Assembly: GCA_035084275.1 (NCBI GenBank)
Contig: CM068769.1
Coordinates: 1,984,001 to 2,048,000, forward strand
Direction: 5' to 3'
From: Hydrolagus colliei
Lineage: Eukaryota
DNA: 64,000 nt
A program made the position numbers and the translations under genes. Positions 1 to 10,751 of this stretch are shown piece after piece. Each line of letters starts with the position of its first letter. Positions within the stretch are counted from its first letter, which is position 1. The notes under the pieces were generated by a model. It saw only the letters and a list, made by a program, of their open reading frames with translations. It made no database searches and was not told where the DNA came from.

Positions 1-680
1 GAGGCGCTCTGCACGTGTCATTGTCTTGTTGTTGATATTGGGTTCGATACCAAGGTCAGTGCAACGCATTAGGCAGATATCCATATTCCACGGGCTTTAC
101 AACTCCATACTACTTGACAACATTCGCATTATGTACGAAATGTGCATAAGAGAGGATTCCACACACAGTGAGAAATGTGTTTGGAATCCACACAGGGCGA
201 AACCTTAGGCAAATTTCCTTCATCCACACGCTCAATAATAATCCATCCCACACCAAAAAATCTATCACCAATAATAAATTGGCCATTTGCATCCACTACT
301 GTGTTTGGGGACGTTGTTGTGCGCAATCGGCTGCCGGGTTTTTCTCTCCCATAAATACACAGTTAATTCAATTGACAATGTATTTTGTGAAGCGCGTTGA
401 GTCGCTTAGACAAGACGTGAAGAGCGATATAGCGAATGTAAGAATTATTAATATTAGTGCTGTTATTATCCACATGTCTTAATTCTAACAAACATTTATC
501 ACAATCTTCTATCCGTTGATTAATCAACACATATAATACACAGCTATTGATGCATTTCTGCTTCTTTAGTTGACTTGATATGACGTCAATAAGGTGTAAG
601 CTGTGGGGATAGTTAGCTGATAGTTTGTTACATGGTGTCTCACTGCTCTTTACTGTTTGCCAGCGTTTGTTTGTGATGAG

Positions 681-719
681 GGTTATTGTACGAGGCTTCC
701 TATGATGTATATCACTGTG
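681..719 (-). other. 23-bp-spacer recombination signal sequence (RSS) of the supporting TCR-delta V
   Basis: Minus strand reads CACAGTG + ATATACATCATAGGAAGCCTCGT (23 nt) + ACAATAACC immediately after the ...YHCGVSL coding end. Confidence 0.95.
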
Positions 720-1018
720 GTGCAGACTGACTCCACAGTGATACATAGCGGAGTCTGGCAGCTGCAGTCTGGCGATGGTTAAATGGATGATTTTCTTGGC
801 AGTGTCAAGAAAATCTGAAATATGATCTCCCTCTGCAGTAGAGTTTCCTCCCTCTCCAGTAGTGTTTCTGTGGATAAGGTTTTTCGGTGCCTCGCCAGGG
901 AACTGACGATACCAGGACACAACGAAATTCTGTCCACAGAATCCTAAGTATTGGCACTGTAGATCCACTCTCTCTCCAGCAACAGCCTTTGTTTCACGCG
1001 GTGACTGGTATATCGGTC
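720..1018 (-). CDS. TRDV: Leaderless 'supporting' TCR-delta V exon of a NAR-TCR cassette
   Basis: Open frame PIYQSPRETKAVAGERVDLQCQYLGFCGQNFVVSWYRQFPGEAPKNLI...DSAMYHCGVSL with Cys23, Trp41 and Cys104 plus an extra CDR1 Cys. Acceptor TTCCACGTAG at 1019-1028. No leader exon was found upstream. The upstream J donor (phase 1) joins it in frame. Confidence 0.9.
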
Positions 1019-1659
1019 CTACGTGGAAGAAATCACAGGATAGTGAGCATTGCAATATGGTAGCGTTGAAGAGCAATTAAGGAGGATATTAGTAGAATTG
1101 TTTATTTGCCAGATGTTTCGGGCAACTGTCCAACTTATCCCACTCCCATTGTTGCCCTATATTCTTGACACATGTTGATTCTGCATTACTCCACCTGTCC
1201 ATTTCCACTTTAAAATTGATTGTTTATCATGCTTTATACCACCATATCAAGCAGCGCGTTGAAGATTATAATAACTTTGGAATTTAAAACAAATTCTCTT
1301 TTTCTCTCTTTTGTTTCTGTTTTTTGGGGAAACAAAATCCGCTTTTAGCAGATAATATTTTCACATTCGTTGCGCTCATGATAACATGATCCCTTTGTAC
1401 ATGACAATCGCCTCTTCGCTGTACCCATTCTACTAAATCATCTTTCGACAATGTTCAAGAATTTAATATCCTTCTGAACCTTTCAAGAAAAAACACTTGA
1501 GAGCCACATTTCACCTAAACCATACAGTTACTAGGTTAATCATACTTGCATTTCTTAAAGCACGTCTCATGTCTTCTCGTCGCCTAAAAACCCTTCAACA
1601 TATATACTGTAAAGTGAAGAGATTATATATGTGGACGAAACGTGGCATAATAATCCAAT

Positions 1660-1960
1660 TTTTTTTTTTTGATATAGCGCTTTTCACAACATATCGACGT
1701 CTTAAAGCGTTTCACAGAATATACTGTAAAGTGGATTGATTGTATATTTAAGGGAGAAACACAGCAGCCAATTGCGCGTAGCAGCGACCCACAAAACTGT
1801 AGAGGATTGGAATTAACAATGTTTATTATTGTAGGTTGCCTGCACGGATTATTATTAGGCATGTGGAGTTAGGTAACTTCCCAAGGTTTCTCCCTAATCT
1901 TCCTGGATTCGAACACGGGTCTCACGCTTCGTTGTGATTGTGATATCCACTGAGCTATAA
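1660..1960 (-). mobile_element. tRNA-headed Deu-domain SINE with L2-type tail
   Basis: Head 'gtggatatcacaatcacaacgaagcgtgagacccgtgttcgaatccagg', core 'gggtcgctgctacgcgcaattggctgctgtgtttc', tail 'aaacgctttaagacgtc...aaaagcgctatatcaaa'. Confidence 0.75.
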
Positions 1961-2519
1961 TCCACAATAAAATAGCATTTTTAAAGTCTTCCATACATCT
2001 CAAAGCACAGCGTGAACCACAATGTAAGTTGAGTTGACTTTATTTTTGTTTAGACGTCATAGTTTGTACCATGGTTTTCTTTGAGATGTCTCAAAAAGGC
2101 GAAAAGCAATACAGCAAATGGATATATTGTGATCAGCAGTATTATTGTTGTCTCTGCCGAAAGAACAGTTTAGTTATCATTTGTTTGCCTTATTCTGTAT
2201 ATGTTTTCTGTAGCAGATTGTCCACATTGAATCTTTGGTTGTCTGTTAACATGCGTATGTTTAGCAGAGAATCCGGTGTTAGTGTGTACAGTTAACCAAG
2301 TTGGTTAAAAGTTGAGGAAAATGGAATTCCCCTCTGCAAATACTGTTACATTAAAGTCGCTGCTGGAGGAGGTGAATGTTGTCTCTGGCTTGTTTCCAAC
2401 ATGATTTATCTTTCCGTCTGTGAGCCTCTCAAAGCTGTTTCACTTCTGTGACAAGAAAACAGATTTCCTTATTCATTTTTAAAAAAATGTTTCTCGAATC
2501 TACTTATTTCGTTCTTACT

Positions 2520-2682
2520 NNNNNNNNNNNNNNNNNNNNNNNNNNNNNNNNNNNNNNNNNNNNNNNNNNNNNNNNNNNNNNNNNNNNNNNNNNNNNNNNN
2601 NNNNNNNNNNNNNNNNNNNNNNNNNNNNNNNNNNNNNNNNNNNNNNNNNNNNNNNNNNNNNNNNNNNNNNNNNNNNNNNNNN
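2520..2682. other. Assembly gap (163 N)
   Basis: Run of n characters inside the J-to-supporting-V intron. Confidence 1.
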
Positions 2683-3258
2683 GCATGCTTCAATATCTAC
2701 TTGCATATTGATGTCCAAGAAAATCAGTTTCTGTAGGAAGACTCAACGTATATGGAGAGAGGAAAATTAGTGAACGTTTCAATTTATTGATCTGTATTCA
2801 GACAAGGTGGGGTTTGAATGGAACTGTTTCTAGCACATTTCATATCGGATCCAATTCATTTCCAAGAAAAGTTGGCTTGTCGAGACAAATTCGTGGAACA
2901 GGAATTGAAATACGTCATTGTATCTAACATATATAGCGCCAGTTAGTTACCTAAACGTACACTCAACTTGTCCTCTCGTCAATTTGCTTTGGAAAATCTC
3001 TCCAGAAGAATTCAGCGACTTTAGAATATAATGAAATACACGTAGTTCAGCAAAGAAACAAGCCTCATATTGGGAGCTGTCCAATCTTTTGAAAATCGCA
3101 AACACATGTTTTAGTTTTCAAAAATTGATTGTTGAATTGACACAGTTTCAAAAAACTGGTTGCAATCTGTTAGAATATTGCACTATAGAAATTCAACAAA
3201 ATCAACAAATAAATGAATAGAGTTTTATTTTAATTTGATAGAAATTATCCACACTTAC

Positions 3259-3314
3259 GTTTTATTACCGTGACTTTGGTTCCTGATCCATCTAAGCTAT
3301 ATGGCTTATAATTA
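3259..3314 (-). CDS. NARTCR: NAR-TCR J segment
   Basis: Reads NYKPYSLDGSGTKVTVIK then C|GTAAGT (phase-1 donor at 3253-3258). The DGxGTxVTV motif resembles IgNAR-type J segments. Confidence 0.9.
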
Positions 3315-3352
3315 CACAGTCACACAGTTCTCGTAATACACGGTGGAAAACC
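3315..3352 (-). other. J RSS, 22-bp spacer
   Basis: On the + strand: CACAGTC (3315-3321) + 22 nt + TGGAAAACC (3344-3352). The nonamer is imperfect. Confidence 0.75.
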
Positions 3353-3667
3353 TAGTGTATCTGATCATGATTGAATACTGCTACAAAAAGATCTAAATGT
3401 TAACAAGATGGTTAATAGTTTCTACATCTCTACCACTGTCTCGTCACCCGACATTAATTTCGTCCAAATTCGGTTTAATTGATGTAGAATTTCCACCGAA
3501 CACGAACATATTCCCTCAACAAGAAAACATTTTTCGGTAAATAATTAAAGAATTTGCTGCTTGAAATAACTAACTCAGTAAGTAAACTACTGACAAGTTT
3601 AGCGTAATGAAAGAAGAAACAGTACTTAGTGTTCATGTGCAATATAATTCCATGTAAATAGCCGCAC

Positions 3668-3736
3668 GGTAGTTGTACTGATGGATTCCAATGTGGGTAT
3701 CAAATCACCACAGTATTTGCTGTCAACACAATTACA
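3668..3736 (-). other. NARTCR: NAR-TCR D segment (13 nt, 3696-3708) flanked by two 12-bp RSS
   Basis: + strand: GGTAGTTGT-12nt-CAATGTG | GGTATCAAATCAC | CACAGTA-12nt-ACAATTACA. Both spacers are exactly 12 nt, and the element lies between the V and J. Confidence 0.9.
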
Positions 3737-4062
3737 TTGCTTTGCAAAACAACTGTAATAGTGTCTGGTCATGTACAAATTACCAATCAATGATATCACA
3801 TGTACAATTGTGTTCAAGATATTCCTATTCAGATTTGATTTGTCGTCTAATATATATACTTAAATTGCGATATATGCCAATTGCACTCACATTCAACGTC
3901 CTTTAACACTACATAAATTTTCCTAAGTGTTCCCCAATAATGCTTGTTTGTCGAAGAGAATGTTACTAAACACCATTGCACATCACACAACAATGGATAA
4001 TGTGCATTGAATTCATTGACAAAGTCACATTGACTGTGTGTTGCCTTTGAATTGATGAAGAG

Positions 4063-4100
4063 GCTTTTTGTATTGTTGGAAGCCTGGATGCAGCATTGTG
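4063..4100 (-). other. RSS of NAR-TCR V, 22-bp spacer
   Basis: Minus strand: CACAATG + CTGCATCCAGGCTTCCAACAAT (22 nt) + ACAAAAAGC. Confidence 0.92.
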
Positions 4101-4389
4101 TCGTCCCACTGATATCGAGCTCTACATCTGTAGGTAGCGCTGTCGCCAACTTGCAAATCATTAATTTCCAGCAGAGATGTCTTTGTTCCCACTTTGATAA
4201 CATCAAACCGACTTTCGCGAGGGATGGACATCCAATCTCCTCCATTTGGAAACTGCCTTTGAAATGCCAAGCTGATAGATCTGTATCTCCCCGAATAACC
4301 TTCTGCAAAGACGCAGTTGATGGTCAGAGAATCGCATTCTTCTTTAGTAACAGAGTTTGGTGTCTGTGTTACGGTCTGACTGAAAACAT
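4101..4389 (-). CDS. NARTCR: NAR-TCR V exon (IgNAR-like variable domain)
   Basis: After acceptor TTTCAG reads VFSQTVTQTPNSVTKEECDSLTINCVFAEGYSGRYRSISLAFQRQFPNGGDWMSIPRESRFDVIKVGTKTSLLEINDLQVGDSATYRCRARYQW. QTP-SVTKE-(G/C)-SLTINCV, the short CDR2 region and INDL...TYRC match the IgNAR V pattern. Confidence 0.9.
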
Positions 4390-4744
4390 CTGAAACATGT
4401 GCAACAGGACATCAGGTTAATACTGGCAAAATCCTGAACTGCACAATCAGCAGCGATGCTTGGCCTGAGTTGAATTGATTTCAATTTGGACAATAATGAT
4501 ATAATTATCATGGTGAATGAATAGAATATAAGCAGAACAGATTAATCGATAGCAATCTTCTGCTGCTTTTCGCCCGCAAAATAAAAAAAGAAAATCTACG
4601 GTCACAATATATTCTGTGAAGCGCTTCAAGACGTTTCATCGATGTGAGAAGCCTCTGTTTCAAAGCGTGGAATTATGTAAATTATGATAAGGCACAGTTT
4701 AACGATGGTATTTATTCGAGCCGTGTAATTGTAACAAAACTCAC

Positions 4745-4787
4745 GCTGTAAGTAATGGATGGCGATGGCGATAGAGATGAGAAGCAT
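4745..4787 (-). CDS. NARTCR: Leader exon of NAR-TCR V
   Basis: ATG...MLLISIAIAIHYLQ + C|GTGAGT. It is 43 nt (phase 1) and joins the V exon in frame (C+AT = His). Confidence 0.85.
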
Positions 4788-4949
4788 TCTCTCCTCGCTG
4801 GACAACAGAGTGACTGTGTGTAACACAGGGATGTTCTGTAGCACCGCTAGAGACTAAATTACACTTGTACAGAGCCTTTCACGTCAGGAGAATCACATTA
4901 GATTGTGACGTGTTGGATGGTGACAGCGGATTTGAGAGTTGGAGGAGGG

Positions 4950-5990
4950 CGTGGCGAAAAGCTATTTGACGAAAGGGAGTGACAAACTGTGTACGTGAGC
5001 AGGGGGCAGAAGTGGGCTGATTATGCGGTGACTGTTGAGTAAATGGGCAATCGGCGAGGGCTGTGAGAGGAACGTAAATGATGACACTTCAAGTCGGAAA
5101 CCGACGGCGTGATGTAGAGAAGGCCTCTGTTGTGAGTTGGTAAAGACAAATTATCAACGACCGCAAAACAAAATTGATTGATCGAGCGCCTTTCAGTTCG
5201 AAAGCAAGGTGCTGCACAGCGAGGTCGGGAACAGAGAATTAGGGCACAGTATCATGGTAGGGTTTAGGGGAAGAGGAGTAGGAAATAGGGTGAGTGAGGA
5301 GGTGGAAATGGGGAGAGTTGGGATTAGATGGGGGTAAATTAGGGAAGGAGAGAGTTGGGATGGGAGGGAGAGATTCGTGTGCCTTATGAGAGAGTTGGTG
5401 GGGGAGGGGGAGAGATTTGGGAGGGGAGGGAAAATGTTGGCAGCGGAGAGAGACAGTTGGGAAACAGAGATATTTGGAAATGTGGCGAGATTTTGGAGGA
5501 CGCGAGAGATGGAAGAGGAGGGAGAAAATTGGGAGGTGAAGCAGAGTGTTGCGAGGGATCTGAGAGAGGTGGGAATGGAGAGCGAGAGAGTTGGAAAGGG
5601 AGTGAAAGAGTTGGAAGAGGAGAGTTGGAGAGTTGGGAAGGTAGTGCGAGAGATATGGAAGTCAGAGGGAAAGATTTGGGAGGTGAGAGAGCACGGATGG
5701 GAGGGAATTGGGAGGGGAGGCAGAGGATTGTAGAGAATGTAGAGAGTTGGGCATGGAGCAAGAGCGTTGGGTACGGAGATGACGATATTTGAGAGGGGAG
5801 CGAGAGAGATATGAAGGGAGGGTGGAGAGTTAGGAGGGCAGATGATGGGTGAGGAGGTCAAACTAGAAACTACGGAAAAGGCATTGTGTGTGGTTACAGT
5901 GGCTGGAGTCGTTTGCGGTAGAGAGAGTAATGGAGGGTTGCAATGTGACACAGTGGAAGAAGATTTGGCAGCCAAGTGATCAGTTGAACC
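4950..5990 (-). mobile_element. Degenerate LINE ORF2 fragment, probably L2 clade
   Basis: Purine-rich + strand with long low-complexity pseudo-ORFs, typical of decayed L2 endonuclease/RT sequence. Similar tracts elsewhere in the window end in L2-type tails. Boundaries approximate. Confidence 0.5.
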
Positions 5991-7559
5991 GTTTCAAAAC
6001 TTCTCAGCTGCTGTACAAAGTTAGAGCGTCTGCAGCATTAATATTTATATTATATCTCGGCCAGTCCATCTCTCTGCCTAAGTCTCTGTCATTGAAGTTG
6101 AGGCCTGTTGTGAAGACAATTATTTACCGATTTACAAAGCTGTGCTTAGGAACCCGCTTATTTGTCGTTTGTCCAATGGCTTTGGACGTTAAAAATTGCC
6201 TTCAAAATAATGTTAATAATTGGGTGATCGCTCATTCCACGTTTGAGTGTTGGATTTCGCTGTTCGTAATAGTCTGCAAACTCTGTCCACCAAACACACA
6301 ACAACAACAACAACAGCTTGTACTTATGTAGCGTCCTCCACTCCGGACGGCTTCTCATTGTGCTTCAGTTAAATGGTACCATCCAAGGACAGCGGGAGAA
6401 AGGTGACCGAATGTGAAACATTCAATACTCTTGTATCCTGTTAAGCGCTAGGAGCCCTCTCGATCACGTAATCAGGTGATTTATTCAATGTCAGCATTAC
6501 CAACGTCAAATTGTCTATTCTGACAGATAATAATCCTGTTTCCAGCTGACATTTGTATTAAGTATGAAGATGGTTGATGGAATGTGAGGTGGAGATGATC
6601 CGTAGTGGACATAAACGTTTTAGATTATTTTTGATTCCATGATGGAGAGTGAAGAGAATGCAGTTTGGGGCTTTGTGTTTGAAAGTGATGATACTGCCGA
6701 TCATTCTGGAGTTAATTTATTGCTGATAATCATATTAGTCATTGCAGTTCACATAGTGATTGATCACGTACTCGAGCCTCCTCCAAGTGCTTCACGGAAT
6801 GCGCGGTGGAACGGAGTGTCTTTGTGTTTTTGGGGTCAAACATTATGCAGTTACGCATTGCAGCATCTCATGGACAGCAGTGTATTTAATGATCAAGTTC
6901 TTGTATATTATATATTTATTATATTTTTGGAGTAAATTATTATTTTATTTATTTCCATTGACGTATCTATTTCTTATTGTTAACGTCTTACTTAATTATT
7001 CAGAATTGATTCTGTTATTTGGGTTCACTTACACTTACTATTTATTATTTTATGTATTTTTACCCGTATGTTTTTCATTATGTTATGGTCTATTAGACAA
7101 TGACTCGGTTTATCTATTTGTTTAAGGGATTATTGGCTGATTTATTTTACTTTTCCAAGGATAATTTCCAGTGGAACATGACTCGACAATAGACTAACAA
7201 CCGAGTTCCTATTTACTGTTCAGTAAAGAGAGGCATGTGTCATAATGAAACTGTCTCTAGGTTTCGTCCAGCCTGGGAATCGAATGCAGGACCTCTCGCT
7301 TGTGAGATAGAACCTCTCGCAATAAAATTAGAGGATTCCACCTGATTTGTTACATGGCGGCATCTGGTGGTGGTTCAGGAGAATGATAGCGTATGATTTG
7401 AGTTGATTTACGTAACATGCAAGTTGGTTTTCAGTTAACCGAGTTACCATTGAGTGCGGGATAAGTCGTACAACATTAATATTACTCTCACGTAAACACT
7501 CTCCTCCACAACCAAACCTTCTATACTGACTGAGTCGCCAGAGCTACACTCCTCCTCCC

Positions 7560-8530
7560 ACACTCTCCCATCCCGTTTCTCTCCCACGAATCGCCCCACC
7601 CCCACATGACTCTCCACTCCCCGTAGCTCTCGCCTCCCCACATAGCTACCATACTTCCCATAGCGCCTAACCCCCACCCCACTCTCCCCCCCCCCCCACC
7701 ACTCGCCTCCACACACACCTCAATCTCGCAAAGAGGTTCAAACAATGACACTCTTGCACCATTGAAGACAGTTAAGACTTGCTCTCCGGCCTTAAGGTCG
7801 GAACATCAATACAAGTTGTTATATCTGTTTTTGTCATCAAGGGCGCAATATATCGCAACATATTTTGCTGTGAAGTTACTTAACTGTGTATACATTGGGG
7901 AGCGTGACAGCCAGATAACAATGTTCAAGTGCGGATGGGTTCCAGATAAAGTTGTGAATGGAACCAACCAGCAGAACACACTATATATTTTGCAGCTGGT
8001 TCTGGAGCCATACGCTATGGAAAGTAGTCCACGGGCGCTGGGCCTCCCACACCCACCCATCCCATGTCTCTCTTGAACGAAAATCGCTTCCTCCCACTCC
8101 CCCACCGCCACATAGCTCTCCTCTCCCCATAGCTCTCGCCTCCTCACATAGATACCATACTTCACAAAGCCACCCATCTCAAACAAACCCCCCTACCCTC
8201 TACACACACCTCAAACTCGCAAAGAAGATCAAACAATGACTCTCTTGCACCATTGAAGTCTCAAATTTGCTCTCCGGCCGAAAGGACGGAAAATGAATAC
8301 AAGTTGTTGTATTTGTTCTTGTCATCAAAGGCGCAATGTATCACAACATATTCTGCTGTGAAGTAACTTAACTGTGCATACATTGGGGAGCGTGACAGCC
8401 AGAAAAAAATGTTCAAGTGCGGATGGGTTCCAGATACAGTTCTGAATGGAACCAACCACCAGAACACACTGCGTATTTTGCAGCTCCATACGCAATGGAA
8501 AGTAATCCAAGGGCGCTGGGCCATCAGGGA
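7560..8530. repeat. Tandem duplication, about 490-bp period, two copies
   Basis: 'caaacaatgac(a/t)ctcttgcaccattgaag...ttcaagtgcggatgggttccagata' occurs at about 7740-7950 and again at about 8230-8440. Confidence 0.85.
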
Positions 8531-8988
8531 TTTTGGAGTCCAGAGATAACTTGGCTGCACAGGTGGGGTGGAGCGCTGGGGTGGTACGGATGGAATGGTG
8601 ACACAAACTACGATCAAAGAGGAGAATTACAACAAGAAAATTAAATTTCTCTGGCGAACTGCATACTCGGCCGATGTCACAGGTTACTGGACAGTTAGTG
8701 TTTCGCACCAGATTTTGGACTCGGAATAGGGAAGGTTGAATGGCAGTGGGAGTTGGAGATTGATTGGAAACACAGCCGATATACAATGTCTAGAGATGGG
8801 TATTGAGGGAATTGAAAGAGAGAGAGGGCGAGACAAACGGACAGCAATATAGAGCTCCAGGTTGTGGGGGCGGAGAATCAGCCGACCATCAATGATTTCT
8901 TTAGTTTAATGGAACAATTAATCGAATCTCCGCAAGGCCTCAAGGCCAAGATTCCGCAATCTTTCCAAAAGATGTAGAAAATGAAGGT

Positions 8989-9340
8989 AGTTGCTGTTAG
9001 AGCCCTACAGTGTAGTCAACCACTGTGGTGAGACTGAAGGCATAGTGATGCACTGCGTTGTCAGATACCAGCAGCTCAGAGATTGATAAACTAGTGATAG
9101 AATTAGATTCCTGCAGCTGAGCATCGAAACGGTTTCCAAATCCTGTTCGTTTCTCTAGATCGCCATCACCCGAATATCACCGGACTATAAACTCTGGGTG
9201 TTTGTCTGGGTAATGTCTGTACCAGAAGAGATAGTATTGCATGCAGTAGTGGTGTAGGTACACACAAGATTGGAAGCTTCTCCTTCTTTCATAACCATCG
9301 TCGGCAGCTTTCTGACTGAAAGTATCGGCGTCAGAGAGTT
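8989..9340 (-). pseudogene. TCR alpha/delta V pseudogene with 23-RSS (RSS 8989-9027)
   Basis: YYLFWYRHYPDKHPEFIVR* has an in-frame TGA. FR1 has compensating frameshifts and Cys104 is replaced by Tyr (DNAVHHYAF). RSS: CACAGTG-23-ACAGCAACT. Confidence 0.88.
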
Positions 9341-9599
9341 CTGGAATAAAACAGGTAAAGCACGGCGAAACACTATTCACCAAACTCACAGCTCATTTGT
9401 AAGCACTAAAACAGTAGTGAGCCATACGTCTTACAGATCTATTATTGAAACATACGTAAGGCATTATTACCATCGGAAAATATATCTGCCTGTCTGGGAA
9501 ACAAAGGTTAAAATCGAGAAATATCTTTTAGTTTGATTATCAAGGCATGGGTTCAACCCGGTGATAAATCCATTGCATTCCTATATTCAAGATCCTGAA

Positions 9600-10330
9600 T
9601 GTAGTATCTTGAACGGTCCTCACATTTAAAGCCCTCCACAACCTCGCACAAACCCTACATGTGTTACCTCCTATCCCCTTAATACACTGACCGCCACCTC
9701 ATTCCCTCAGTAGGCTCTGGCCTGCTCCACCTACTCCAACCAAGGGACTGTTTCCCCTGGTAGGAGAATCTATAACCAGGGGTCAAAGTCTTAAAATTAA
9801 CGGTAAGCCTTTTAGAACAGAGTTGAGGAAATATTTCTTCACTCAGAGGGTTGTGAATTTATGGAAGGCTGTAGATGCTCAGTCCTTGAGCATTTTCAAG
9901 ACTTAGACTGACAGATTTTTGAAAAATAGAGTAATTGGGGTATATGGAGATAGGGCAGGTAATCAGAGTTAGGTGAGAAGATCAGCCATTATCTTATTGA
10001 ATGGCGGAGTAGGCTCGAGGGGCTGAATGGCATTCTCCTGCTCCTAATTCCTATGAGCTTATGATCTAACCTATCCGCACTACCGTTGACGGGCGAATCT
10101 TCAGCTACTCTGCCCACCAACTCTGGAACTCCATCCTAGACTCCACTACCTCATCCCTCCCTGGTCACATTGAAGTCCAGCCTCAAGACTATTCCTCTTA
10201 GACACCAAATAATAAGCATCCCCTTCCAGCCCACCCCCCAGTCCTCAGCACAGGTTTGAAGCTGTAACTGTCCAGCGACTAGGGACGCCCTGCTGTCGGG
10301 AATGGAGCTATAAAAATACAATTTGTTATG
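9600..10330 (+). mobile_element. L2 3' end interrupted by a CR1 3' fragment (about 9750-10070)
   Basis: 'aaagccctccacaacctcgc' (KALHNLAP motif) resumes after a CR1 tail ('gagttgaggaaatatttcttcactcagagggttgtgaatttatgg...cctatgagcttatg'). It ends in a 'gggacgcc...ctataaaaatacaattt' L2-type tail. Confidence 0.7.
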
Positions 10331-10751
10331 GTTGCTGTTGTTTGTTGCACAGTTTCTATAATGCGGGATAGATGGCTGTTTCATTTTGGAAGACGGTTGA
10401 GCTAGAGGTGAAGCTTTGGAGGGGACTGCAGCACACTACTGCAAGTCTTACTTGTTACAATAATGGCTACTTATCTAACGAAATGATAAATGGAAAGAAA
10501 CATTGTATTTCCAAACTGACTTGAGTGAAATGCATCTGGACGTGTAGCGCTCAACTCGTTCATGAATAGCTGTCTGCATTGTTTGCAACGTATAATGATG
10601 TGAGAGATTAGCTGTCAAGCTGATGAGAGGGGAATGTGTTTTCCTCTGCGTGTGGCTGCTGATGTCTCTGCTTCCCGCATGGCCTCAAGGCCTGACCAAT
10701 ATTCCGCATACTTTTCAAACAGACGGATCGTTCCCATGTTTTAAAACAGAT

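Noticed and set aside
363-1076. 237-aa ORF as a single-exon gene
   Set aside because: Only 720-1018 is V exon. The N-terminus is intron (TTG start) and the C-terminus reads through the RSS into a SINE.
2945-3000. Possible second J (…D-E-R-T/K-L-S-V-R-L|GTAAC)
   Set aside because: It needs a frameshift, lacks the GxG motif, and has no heptamer/nonamer upstream.
5193-5975. Long Pro/Ser/Leu and Gly/Glu/Arg ORFs on both strands (similar cases at 14246-14783 and 34941-35386)
   Set aside because: These come from purine/pyrimidine strand skew in decayed LINE DNA, not genes.
6660-6790. LTPE*SAV resembling a V FR3 end (LTPEDSAVYYC)
   Set aside because: No Cys, Trp or RSS in register, so probably chance.
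7880-7930. YIGE motif suggesting a GIY-YIG (Penelope) endonuclease
   Set aside because: Only four residues match, and the surrounding GIY and Arg/Glu motifs are absent.
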